Counted from the first letter of the stretch, positions 22,068-31,753 are shown. The stretch: 36,732 bases of DNA from Promethearchaeota archaeon (GCA_004524535.1 SDNY01000028.1:1-36732), one strand, 5' to 3'. Notes: a model not told the origin generated them from the sequence alone. Numbers and translations are program-made.

Positions 22068-22277
22068 TTATGTTGTTCTGAATAACATACTTTTTTCTAC
22101 ATCATTTTCTGTATTGCATTTTGGACAAATCCAGAAATTTTCGCTCTTCTTGACTGAATTTATACATTTACTACATATGGCAATATCGCATATGCAATAA
22201 TGTAATTCATTAAGAGTTGCTTCAAAATTCTCATTACAGACGTAACAATTTGGGGGTAATGAATCTTCTTTTGACAT
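22068..22277 (-). CDS. Small standalone C4C4 RING-type zinc finger protein
   Basis: C-x2-C-x13-C-x-C-x4-C-x2-C-x12-C-x2-C in 69 aa. Confidence 0.8.
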   Translation of the reverse strand: MSKEDSLPPNCYVCNENFEATLNELHYCICDIAICSKCINSVKKSENFWICPKCNTENDVEKSMLFRTT

Positions 22278-22558
22278 CTTCTCAATTTAATATTATTGTT
22301 TAATGTTTTTATATACTTTTCATTTTAAATAATATATTATAATAATTTAAAAAAAAACTTCAGAATTTTCTATAAAAATCCTTTTTTTGAATAAAAAAAG
22401 AGTGATAGAATTTACAATTAATATTTGATAATTCTTATCCCCTAAGCTCTTTTAATTTATAATATTGCTATAAGACAGTTAATAATTTATAATCCAAAAA
22501 TTAATAGTTAATAATATTTGTATTATTATCAAGAAAATATTTCATAAATTTGTTAATA

Positions 22559-22702
22559 ATGACGTTAGTAAAAGTTAAAAGCCATTCTCATAGAGATGAC
22601 CTTTATGGTGATGAAATAGTCGCATCTCAAGATGAAATCGAAGAAAGCGATAAAGTAATGGTTAATAGCGTTCTTTTAATAGAAGTTGCTTTAAATGCTT
22701 AG
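22559..22702 (+). CDS. Possible 47-aa acidic small protein (below the ORF-track cutoff)
   Basis: ATG..TAG ORF MTLVKVKSHSHRDDLYGDEIV...; its composition is more coding-like than the flanking AT tracts. Confidence 0.35.
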   Translation: MTLVKVKSHSHRDDLYGDEIVASQDEIEESDKVMVNSVLLIEVALNA

Positions 22703-22810
22703 TTATTATTATCCTCTCTAATTTAGTTTTAAATATTTCTTAACGAAAATAATTTAAAAAAGCTTACTTTATACCTTTCGTACTGTTTAAAAAAAAATTC
22801 TTTGAATACT

Positions 22811-23005
22811 ATGGATAAATTAACCCAAAGAATGCAATTATTGTGGCTCTTAAGTATATATTTTATATATAGAATTATTAGAGCTTTTATAGAAAGTAAA
22901 AGCGATGAAATGATTTTATGGACATTATTTCTAATGATATATGTCATTTCACTCATAGTTATGCTAATTGTGGTTAATAATTGGAAAAAAAGAGAAGAGT
23001 TTTAA
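22811..23005 (+). CDS. Small 2-TM membrane protein
   Basis: Two hydrophobic helices; ATG at 22811 (the track used TTG 22802); ends 19 nt before argF. Confidence 0.55.
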   Translation: MDKLTQRMQLLWLLSIYFIYRIIRAFIESKSDEMILWTLFLMIYVISLIVMLIVVNNWKKREEF

Positions 23006-23024
23006 TAAAAATTTCACCAATTCT

Positions 23025-23933
23025 ATGATCGACTTATTAACAATTAAAGACTTAACCGATGAAGAGATATTAGATTTACTAGATTTAGCTGATGATGTGA
23101 AAAAAAGTCCAAATAAATATTGTTCCAAGCTAAATGGAAAAAGCATAGCTTTATTATTCCAGAAGACATCAACACGAACAAGAATCTCGTTTGAGAGTGG
23201 CATGTATCAACTGGGAGGAAACGCTCTTTATATAGACTGGCGAACAACAAATCTCCATTTAGGGTCATTAAAAGATGAGATAAAAAGTATTAGTTGCTAT
23301 GTAGATTTAATTATGGCTCGGGTTAACGAACATAAAACCCTTGAAGTTATGAGAGATGCTTCAAATGTTCCAGTCGTGAATGGTTTATCTGATATGTGCC
23401 ATCCCTGTCAAATTTTATCAGATTTGATGACAATTCGTGAAAAATTTGGCAGTTTTGAGAATATTAAAGTATCATGGGTGGGGGATGGAAACAACGTGTG
23501 CAGCTCCTTAATCATCGGATGTGTAAAGTTAAATATCCCTATTTTAGTCGCAACTCCGGAAAAATATAGACCTCATCAAGAGCTGATTGATTGGGTTGAA
23601 AAAGAAAAAAAATCTAAATTGGTCCATATTTATAACGATCCAAAAGAAGCTATAAAGGAAGCTAACGTTGTATATACTGATACGTTCGTATCTATGGGCC
23701 AAGAAGAAGAGACTGAGAAAAGATTAAAAATTTTTTTACCAAAATTCCAAATAAATAAAGAATTACTAAACTATGCTATTAAAAACCCATTAATAATGCA
23801 TTGTTTACCTGCTCATAGAGGAATTGAGATCACGGATGATGTGTTAGATTCAAATAATTCAATCGTATTTCAACAAGCAGAAAATAGAATTCATTTACAA
23901 AAAGCGTTATTGCTTAAATTGTTAAAAAAATAA
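23025..23933 (+). CDS. argF: Ornithine carbamoyltransferase
   Basis: STRTRISFE, HPCQ, GDGNNV, DTFVSMG, HCLPAHRG, QAENR; the likely start is ATG 23025 (MIDLLTI). Confidence 0.95.
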   Translation: MIDLLTIKDLTDEEILDLLDLADDVKKSPNKYCSKLNGKSIALLFQKTSTRTRISFESGMYQLGGNALYIDWRTTNLHLGSLKDEIKSISCYVDLIMARVNEHKTLEVMRDASNVPVVNGLSDMCHPCQILSDLMTIREKFGSFENIKVSWVGDGNNVCSSLIIGCVKLNIPILVATPEKYRPHQELIDWVEKEKKSKLVHIYNDPKEAIKEANVVYTDTFVSMGQEEETEKRLKIFLPKFQINKELLNYAIKNPLIMHCLPAHRGIEITDDVLDSNNSIVFQQAENRIHLQKALLLKLLKK

Positions 23934-23972
23934 AAATAATAGATTGAAAATTAATTAAGTCTTATTAATGAT

Positions 23973-26768
23973 TCAAATTGATTTTAAGTCGAATTTTATT
24001 TTGATTGTAGCAATCACATGCGGTTTTAAGCTTAGTTCTATGTTATTTTCATCGAGTAAATCTAAGTTTGCCTTAATTTCATTAATAGGCTTTTCTTCTA
24101 ACAAATTTACGAGTGTTGCGCTTTTAATCATGAGTCCTTGATAAAACTTTAGAGTAGTTTTCTCAGCACTAGACGATAAATTATAACATCTAATAATTAA
24201 TGAATTACCTACTTCTGATTTTTTCAGAGCGCTCAGCTGGATATTTTTATTATCAATTTCAAGAAAGCTTAATTCAGGGGGTAAATAAGATTCTACTTTT
24301 TTAACATATGGTTGTTGGAAATATGTTAAGAGTCCATTATTTAAAATATGAATGTCAGAGAATCGAAGTGGTGTTTGTTTTATAAGCGAAAGGAATATCG
24401 GCTGTAATGGATTATTGAATTCTTTTCCTTTGACATGGATCTCTGAATTTAAAAAGCTTAAACCTTTTTCTTTAATGATAAGGGAAAATTCAAATTCATG
24501 TTTTCCAAGGCATTGGGCATCAGGCGTCTTTATATCTGGTCCCGCAATAGTCTTTCTCGTGGCAAATCTCACTCGCGAGAGCCATTCCACGCAGCGTAAT
24601 AAGGTTATTGCGAGAGTTATAGTTCCGTCATTTTCTCTAATTGCTTCATATTCTGGTAAACCCTTATTAAGTACCGCAAAGCAAGTTTTTTCATCACATA
24701 CACTCACAAAATCTTTCTGATGATTTGTAGGTAAAGCTTTTTGGACCCATCCCTCACTATTAGGTAATTCCACATTTCGAGGAACGATATAGAATTGTCC
24801 ATCAGCATAGACTTTAGTTGATTTAATATTTGAAGGGAATAGCACCCGAATACGATGATCTTTACTATTATTTTCTAATTCTATCTTGAAATCAATGCGA
24901 TCAATTCCCTTATATAACGATATATAAATTACGATATTGTTATCAACTTGAACCTCCTCTCTTTTATCTTTATTTCTTGATAAAGAGACAGGTAATTTTA
25001 AGTTCATGTTAATTTTAATTGTTTTATGTGTCGGACCGTTTAAAAAATGAGAAATTTCAGTAATGTTAGCATCTTTAGTTGTAAATTTTGAATCAATTTG
25101 AGTTTCTTCTGGTCCTGAATAGTCATATTCGTCTCCCCAATCTCCTACATCCTCAATTTGACAGATATTCTCGTAATTAAATCCATTTAATTTATTATAT
25201 ACGTCAATTTTACCTTTTTTATTGATTGTAATCTTGTAAAATTCATTTTCTATAGAATTATCGCCTAATTTAAAGTTCTCTGAATCTGCATTATATATTT
25301 TTTCATCTTCTTGAGGAATTACATAATAAACCTTGTACCCACAAGCCGGGACTTTAGCTAAAAAGCTTAAACGATATCTAGTATCATGTTTACGATTAAA
25401 TCTTGGTCGCTCTTCTAAAGGGTAATATTGAAATTCAATTTCTTTCCCGTCATTATCTAATATCTTTAAATTAAATGAGGTAATTTGGGTTCTTGATGTT
25501 CCTAAGCCAACAATGTCAAATTTTACAATATCTTCGCGTTGCCACGGAAGAGGGTTGTAGATAAATAACTCGTTTTGATCTTTATGTTCTACTTTAAATT
25601 TAATTAAATCATTTAAAAAGATGAAAGAGTTCTTAAATACTTCATTTCCTATTTGCTCTGCCCAATCAAATCTCGTTTTCATCTCATTATGAACCTGATC
25701 AATGCTACACCCACATATAGAGTCATGCGGATGGTTTTTAATCAACCATTTTAAACCAGTAAGGATATATGTTTTCGGATACTCGAATTTTTTAGATCTG
25801 TCAAGAGCCCAAGTAATAGAAGATAATGGTTCAGTATATTTTTCGTATAAGTTTTCAATCGCAGTGTTTCTTTGTTTAATCCAAATCCGAGTCGAGAGAA
25901 CTCCTGAAAGTAAAGGACTATATTTACCTCCCCTAAGTTCTCCTTGAAACGAGTTGAATTCTTGTTTTGACTCCAAGACCTTATTAATATAATATTCAAA
26001 ATCGTTTTGCTCCATGAATTTATCAGATTGTTCATTCCATTGCTTTATAATGTTAGGAAGGTCCGGAATTGCATCGTGATGGTCAGATCCGTTATTTAAC
26101 AGCACATATGGAGTTCCTGTGTACTGTTCCAGCTTCGAAACAACTCTATTGATCTTTTTAAGAGCCATTTTATATTGCCCTTCTCTTCTTTTCAAATTTA
26201 ATTCTGCCACGGATCCATAGGATGCAATTAAATGAATACCTAAAATTGATGCTGCATTTCCAGGAGCATTCCAAATAAATTCCATATTTAGATTATTCTC
26301 TTTAAATTCGTTTCCAAAACCTCTCATAAAAAGACATGAAGGTATTTCGAATCCACTTAAGACTTGGGGTAATTGAGCGATATGCCCAAAAGGATCTGGA
26401 ATGTATCCCGCCTTCATAACAGAGCCATATTTCCTTGCGATCTGATGCCCAATCATTAAATTTCTTATCAATGATTCACCACTAATTAGAAACTCGTCCG
26501 GTAATACATACATCGGGCCTATTGAAAGTCGCTTTTCCTTTATATATTTCTCAATTTCTCCTTCCTTTTCTGGCTTTACCTCCAAATAATCTTCTAATGG
26601 AATTACTTGACCGTCCAAAGTGAAGTTTTTATAATTAGGGTCCGTTTTCAGAATATTTAATAATTTATCCATCATAAGAACGAGTCGAGCTCTAAATTCT
26701 TGAAAAGTTAGATACCATTCGCGATCCCAATGAGTTTCTGGGACAATTATTATGTTATTCGCTTTCAT
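23973..26768 (-). CDS. Alpha-mannosidase, glycoside hydrolase family 38
   Basis: THWDREWY, LDGQ, PDEFLISGES, PDPFGH, GSDH, HDSICGCSID; GAGG SD. Confidence 0.92.
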   Translation of the reverse strand: MKANNIIIVPETHWDREWYLTFQEFRARLVLMMDKLLNILKTDPNYKNFTLDGQVIPLEDYLEVKPEKEGEIEKYIKEKRLSIGPMYVLPDEFLISGESLIRNLMIGHQIARKYGSVMKAGYIPDPFGHIAQLPQVLSGFEIPSCLFMRGFGNEFKENNLNMEFIWNAPGNAASILGIHLIASYGSVAELNLKRREGQYKMALKKINRVVSKLEQYTGTPYVLLNNGSDHHDAIPDLPNIIKQWNEQSDKFMEQNDFEYYINKVLESKQEFNSFQGELRGGKYSPLLSGVLSTRIWIKQRNTAIENLYEKYTEPLSSITWALDRSKKFEYPKTYILTGLKWLIKNHPHDSICGCSIDQVHNEMKTRFDWAEQIGNEVFKNSFIFLNDLIKFKVEHKDQNELFIYNPLPWQREDIVKFDIVGLGTSRTQITSFNLKILDNDGKEIEFQYYPLEERPRFNRKHDTRYRLSFLAKVPACGYKVYYVIPQEDEKIYNADSENFKLGDNSIENEFYKITINKKGKIDVYNKLNGFNYENICQIEDVGDWGDEYDYSGPEETQIDSKFTTKDANITEISHFLNGPTHKTIKINMNLKLPVSLSRNKDKREEVQVDNNIVIYISLYKGIDRIDFKIELENNSKDHRIRVLFPSNIKSTKVYADGQFYIVPRNVELPNSEGWVQKALPTNHQKDFVSVCDEKTCFAVLNKGLPEYEAIRENDGTITLAITLLRCVEWLSRVRFATRKTIAGPDIKTPDAQCLGKHEFEFSLIIKEKGLSFLNSEIHVKGKEFNNPLQPIFLSLIKQTPLRFSDIHILNNGLLTYFQQPYVKKVESYLPPELSFLEIDNKNIQLSALKKSEVGNSLIIRCYNLSSSAEKTTLKFYQGLMIKSATLVNLLEEKPINEIKANLDLLDENNIELSLKPHVIATIKIKFDLKSI

Positions 26769-26817
26769 TTTAATAACCTCATATTTATTTCCTAAAAAAT
26801 TAACAGTATATTTAAAT

Positions 26818-27450
26818 TTAAAGATCTATTTGTATTTCATATTTTTTTAACTCATTTATTAAATGATCAGTATAAAAATAGATAATTGAATTAAGTCCGA
26901 CTGACTGTCCGTATATTACACTCTTTCTTTCGTCGTCAATAAGGATTGCTTCTGATGGGTCGCAGTCAATGTGATTTAAGAGTTCTCTATAGAATTCTAT
27001 ATCATTTTTGTTTTTTTGATAATCGAAACTGTAAACAAAGTCATCAAATTTTTCTGTGAAATTATATCTCTTCTCAAGAAATTCGATTCTTTCTCTAATA
27101 TTGCCACTAAATACAACTAATCTATATTTTTTACCTAATTCATTAATAAGCGCTTCCATTTTATAATTTGGGATATATGAACCAAACCATAAATTACGTA
27201 TATGATTACCATCTGCTATATTAAATTTTGAAATAAGTTTTTCTTCGAACTCATCCATTGTAATTAATCCCAACCTTACTAGATTTCCTTCATTTTTATC
27301 CCCGTCTCGGAAAAATGTTCTTAATAAATGACGGTTTTTATTTTTAATCTCGTACATATCTATTATCTTCTCAATAGCTAGAATGGTTCCTTTAGTGAAG
27401 TAAACTCCACCCAAATCAAAAACTAGAGTTTTAATATTGTATTTTTTCAT
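26818..27450 (-). CDS. HAD-superfamily hydrolase (YihX-like)
   Basis: FDLGGV motif I, FSGN, K, LIDD. Confidence 0.85.
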   Translation of the reverse strand: MKKYNIKTLVFDLGGVYFTKGTILAIEKIIDMYEIKNKNRHLLRTFFRDGDKNEGNLVRLGLITMDEFEEKLISKFNIADGNHIRNLWFGSYIPNYKMEALINELGKKYRLVVFSGNIRERIEFLEKRYNFTEKFDDFVYSFDYQKNKNDIEFYRELLNHIDCDPSEAILIDDERKSVIYGQSVGLNSIIYFYTDHLINELKKYEIQIDL

Positions 27451-27797
27451 GTAAATAAGAAGTAGTTCTTATTATTTATAATAATCATTTTTATATTATC
27501 TTGTCCTATTAATATAATAAATTAGCCATAAACTGATTTAAGATGTCAGAGTGGAAAAATAGTTTAGATTCAGATAAGGTAGAAGAAAAGGATTACTGTA
27601 CTGGTTGAGGAATAATTGATGGAATAATCCATTGCGCTCGGAGTATAAAAAAATACTTTCACAATCGAAAAATATCGAAAAATAATAAATATATTCTCAA
27701 AGATTAAATCGGAAAATGTTGGGATTTAATTTTAAGGTTCCGCAAGAACCCGAGATTACCATTGTTAATTTTTAAATATAATTAATATAGATTTAGA

Positions 27798-29200
27798 TTA
27801 TCTAAAATTTTTTGGACCTTCTCCAAGCTTCCTGTAGATAAACCCCCGATCTTCGACAGATTTTTTATTAAATATATTACGACCATCAATTATGATTGGT
27901 TTTTCTTTTTTTACTTTATTTCTTATATCGTCCAAATCGAGATTATAATACTGTTTATGATTGGTCGCAAAGATTAAAACATCTGCATTTGAAACCGCTT
28001 CGTTAAGATCCCTTGTCAAATCGGTCTCTTTATAATCTCGTTCTTTGACATATGGATCGTGCGCAATATATTGAATATTATGAGAATGATAACGATTCTT
28101 TAAAGTCCATACTATTCTTTCAGTAGGTGTGTTTCTCGTATCATCTGTGTCAGCTTTATAGGCAACCCCCATAAGAGCAATTTTAAAATTATCATGTTTA
28201 TTTGCTTCCTTTAGAGCATCTTCCATTAACTCTATCATATGATCTGGCATGAAATCGTTTAATTCTCTTGCTTTTAATAGAATATCTGAATTATGCATAT
28301 GTTTAGTATAGTTTCGATGTCCATACACCAATAAATGAGGATCTTTAGTTAAGCAATGACCCCCTACTCCTGAACCAGGATAATGCATCATTCTATCATG
28401 CCTATGGTTAATTAATTCTATAATTTCAAAGATATTTCGATTGAAATCTTCAGCAACTAAGGCCATCTCGTTAGAAAACGCAATATTCACATCTCTATAG
28501 GTGTTTTCAATGCATTTTGTCAATTCTGCGGTAAGCGTGTCAGTAACTTGTAGCTCCTTTTTAACAACTTTCCCATATAAAAATTTTCCTTTCTCGTTTG
28601 CCTCTGGACATCCCCCTCCAATAACTCTGGGAAAATCTGTAATATATTCTATCAATTTTCCAGGCATAACACGTTCAAAAGAAAAAACTAAATAGAAATC
28701 TTCTCCTCTCTTCATTCCACTTCCCTTCTCTAAAATAGGTTGAACTATATTGTTAGTGGTTCCAGGAGCGACTGTTGATTCGATAATTACAGTAGCACCC
28801 TTTTTTAAACGAGGAGCAACTAATTTTGAAACATCCTTTAAAGAATCATAACGTGGAATTCTTAAATCATCAACTGGGGTCTGTACATCAATCAAAATAA
28901 AGTCAGCGCTATTAACGTCGTCGTATTTATCTGTAACCTTAAATTTTCCATTTTTTACAACTCGTTCAATTAACTCATCTAATCCTGGTTCCTCTCCTTC
29001 AAAAGGATTTTTTCCAGCATTAAGCCAGTCGATCTTCCAGCCAGATCTTTTTGATCTTCTTTGAATTCCAGTGACATAAAAGTTTGGTACATCTGCTAAT
29101 AAGGCAGCCATAGGGATTCCGATTAGTAGTTTGAAAGAAATTTTCTAGACTCATACCCCATCCCAATGACAACAATATTGGTTCTTTCTTGCGATATCAT
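27798..29200 (-). CDS. wecC: Nucleotide-sugar dehydrogenase (UDP-ManNAc/GlcNAc 6-dehydrogenase type), 457 aa after removal of a 29-nt intervening sequence; exon 1 29200-29152, exon 2 29122-27798
   Basis: Exon 1 gives MISQERTNIVVIGMGY. Exon 2 gives (V)GIPMAALLAD, ESTVAPGTT, ERVMPG, ENTYRDVNIA, catalytic GVGGHCLTKD and AYKADTDDTRN. The 437-aa track ORF lacks the GxGxxG motif. Confidence 0.85.
29123..29151 (-). other. Candidate archaeal BHB-type intron in an mRNA (29 nt)
   Basis: RNA AGUCUAGAAAAUUUCUUUCAAACUACUAA. Central 4-bp helix GGUA/UACU with 3-nt bulges UG^A and AA^U, flanked by exon and intron helices. Excision restores GMGYVG. Confidence 0.75.
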
Positions 29201-29343
29201 AATCTTTTACTCTTTAATCTAATTGATCTATTAAATTAAATTTGGTTTATCTATTTTGCTTTTTTTCTCAATGCTAAATAAATATAAATAATATAACTAG
29301 TACTTAGTTATTTAATTATTAAATAATAAAAGTGAATTAAATC

Positions 29344-29733
29344 TTGTCATCTTATAAACGATCAAAAATTTGGATATCAATCACAATTCCATTATTAATA
29401 GTCTCAATATTGCTTACCGCGATTTTTAGAGGCGCCCGATGGAACTCTATTCCATTATTCGCTTCACTTATTATGTTAATATTATTCTTCCCCATACTTA
29501 TCATTGATATAAAAAAGGCTTCAGGGGATAAGAAAGTTAAAAAAGATGAAGCTAAAAAAATGGAGCTTAAACGTGCTGAGATAGAAATGGAGAAGGAAAG
29601 GTTAGAAGTGGAAAAATTGAAATTACAGCAAGGTATTCGAGATGAAGCTAGTAATACTTGCAGATTTTGTGGTGAAGCCATTGTGGGATCTCCTAAAATA
29701 TGCCCCAACTGTGGAACTTCTTTAGAAGAATAA
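29344..29733 (+). CDS. 2-TM membrane protein with coiled coil and C-terminal zinc ribbon
   Basis: Two TM helices, an E/K-rich helix, CRFCG...CPNCG; TTG start. Confidence 0.75.
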   Translation: MSSYKRSKIWISITIPLLIVSILLTAIFRGARWNSIPLFASLIMLILFFPILIIDIKKASGDKKVKKDEAKKMELKRAEIEMEKERLEVEKLKLQQGIRDEASNTCRFCGEAIVGSPKICPNCGTSLEE

Positions 29734-29766
29734 AAAGATAAAAAAAAATTTAATTTAAAACAAACA

Positions 29767-30402
29767 TCAATCTCGTTTTACAATCTTAAATATACCAGCG
29801 CATATAAATCCAACAATCATTCCTCCTACGTGGGCAAAGTGTGCTGTTCCTGTAAGAATTAACATGGAGGTTAATCCATAAATTAGCTCTGTGGCGAATG
29901 TGATGAGTATAAACATTCTTGCACTGATAGTAGTCCCAACAGCTCCTAAATATTTGAGCTTATTCTTTGGAAAAAGAGTGCCATAGACCGCTATAATCCC
30001 CATTATTGCTCCAGATGCTCCTAATGAGGGAATATCTCCCCAACCCACAAATATAGCAAAAAGACCATGTAAGAGAGAACCAACCAAGCCTGATAAAAGG
30101 TACGTAATAAGAAAGAAAATATGACCCATCTCTTTCTCACAGTTATCTGCAACCACAATAAAAAAGAGTAGATTCATTGAAATATGAAACCAATCAGCAT
30201 GCATGAATGTTGATGTAAAGATCGTCCACATTCTCTCGCCTGCAAAGAATTCTGATGGATAAAATGCCCCCGCAGGAATTAACATGTTTCCTGTCGGATC
30301 TAATACCTGAACGATAAATACTATTATATTTATTATTATTATTAAAACCGAGATATATTGTGTGTAAAGCGGAACTTTATCATCCTCTGCTTCAACAACC
30401 AA
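29767..30402 (-). CDS. Rhomboid family intramembrane serine protease
   Basis: FMHADWFHISMN, GASG, AHFAHVGG. Confidence 0.9.
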   Translation of the reverse strand: MVVEAEDDKVPLYTQYISVLIIIINIIVFIVQVLDPTGNMLIPAGAFYPSEFFAGERMWTIFTSTFMHADWFHISMNLLFFIVVADNCEKEMGHIFFLITYLLSGLVGSLLHGLFAIFVGWGDIPSLGASGAIMGIIAVYGTLFPKNKLKYLGAVGTTISARMFILITFATELIYGLTSMLILTGTAHFAHVGGMIVGFICAGIFKIVKRD

Positions 30403-30478
30403 TTTTTATACACCATTTAATTTTTAAATTTAGATTAATGAATAATAATTTCATTTTATTCTATTAAAAGGTTTAAGT

Positions 30479-31162
30479 TTAAAAATTATAATATTTTCCA
30501 ATATCCGAAAAACTGTATTTGCCAAAAAATTCGGCAGGTTTTTTCTTTATGGTGTTATAGAAAGCGCGCACAAGTGATATAACTAATTGTGATTTATATT
30601 TTGATAAAGCCTCAAAAATTTTGTCCCTATATTCTCTGATATTTATTTTTACTAGTTTTTCTTTTGGGACCTTTTGAGCAACATATATACAATATCCATA
30701 GAATTCTGTATTTTTTAAATCCAGCTCTTTTGCTGCTCCTACTGCTATATCATATGTGGCTTGATGATCTACATGAGGATTATTATTACTTGGTAAGACT
30801 ATTCTATCCGCATCTTTAATAATAGGCTTACTTAATTCAATTCCTTTTTTAATGTGATTTTTAGCTTCTTGGTCTGGAATTTTAAATTTATAAATATTTT
30901 CCTTAGGGATTCCTAAAAACTCTGTTACTTCGTCAATTTCTTTCATCCTAATTTCTGCTAATTCCTCATCGGTTATGTTTATATTCCCTTTGGATTCATC
31001 CAATCTACCTCTCGCTCTCTCATAACTATAGGCGGCACGTCCATCAGTAATATAAATAATATGAACATCATGTCCTTCATCTTTCCACTTAAGTATACTC
31101 CCGGCGCCAATCAATTCATCATCTGGATGGGGCGCAAACACAACAATTCTTAATCTCCTCAA
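30479..31162 (-). CDS. PIG-L/LmbE family deacetylase
   Basis: APHPDDE, ITDG, RMKE, HVDH, YKSQ. Confidence 0.9.
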   Translation of the reverse strand: MRRLRIVVFAPHPDDELIGAGSILKWKDEGHDVHIIYITDGRAAYSYERARGRLDESKGNINITDEELAEIRMKEIDEVTEFLGIPKENIYKFKIPDQEAKNHIKKGIELSKPIIKDADRIVLPSNNNPHVDHQATYDIAVGAAKELDLKNTEFYGYCIYVAQKVPKEKLVKINIREYRDKIFEALSKYKSQLVISLVRAFYNTIKKKPAEFFGKYSFSDIGKYYNF

Positions 31163-31504
31163 TAATATAACCTATTAGGAAGGTCTAAATCTTTTTTAAA
31201 TAAGCAATTAAATTAATGTAAAATTTAAATTCATTTTAGATTATTTCTAATCTATTAAATTCTTTATCTTCAAAAGAAAAATGTTATTTTTAATGTCGGA
31301 TTTATAGCGTTTCATTTCTATGTTTTTTGAATTAGAGTTGAATGAACTTGGTCAAATTACACAGAACGCAGTTGGCTACTGCTTTGCTAAAACCTTTTCG
31401 AAATCTCAGATATATAACTTAATTATATTGATAGTAATTTATTTATCAAATTTTTTTTAATATACTCGAAAATCTTTTATATTTCGAATGATTCATTTTT
31501 TATA

Positions 31505-31753
31505 ATGTCAACTCATATTGATAAAATGATTTTGAAAATTGGATCTAAAGGAGAAATTTTTCCACCTAAGGAAATTCGTGAGAGACTTGGTCTTGAACCT
31601 AATCAACCCATTTTATTATTTATACATCAAGACCAATTGATTGTTAGAAAAATACATTCTATAGAAGAAATATTAAAATCCCCACCAAAAATTAAAATTA
31701 GTTATCATGCATGGAAACAGTTTAAAGATCAATTATCAGAGGAATATGAGTAA
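31505..31753 (+). CDS. AbrB/MazE/SpoVT family antitoxin
   Basis: KIGSKGEIFPPKEIRERLGL; TAATG overlap with the PIN gene. Confidence 0.85.
   Translation: MSTHIDKMILKIGSKGEIFPPKEIRERLGLEPNQPILLFIHQDQLIVRKIHSIEEILKSPPKIKISYHAWKQFKDQLSEEYE

Noticed and set aside
22968-23024. N-terminal extension of ArgF
   Set aside because: It overlaps the upstream small gene; the family N-terminus (DLLTIKDL) starts at 23025.
27798-29111. 437-aa ORF starting at ATG 29111 as the complete gene
   Set aside because: It lacks the first Rossmann strand and the GxGxxG motif, which are encoded upstream across the 29-nt insert.
29123-29151. The insert as a tandem duplication, IS footprint or ribosomal frameshift site
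   Set aside because: There is no flanking direct repeat or duplicated sequence. A frameshift would leave about 9-10 extra residues inside GxGxxG. The one-base-shifted excision (giving YIG) also restores the frame but does not fit the BHB cut geometry.
31320-31460. Short ORF and GCAGT/ACTGC hairpin upstream of the AbrB gene
   Set aside because: Too short and motif-free to distinguish from chance.
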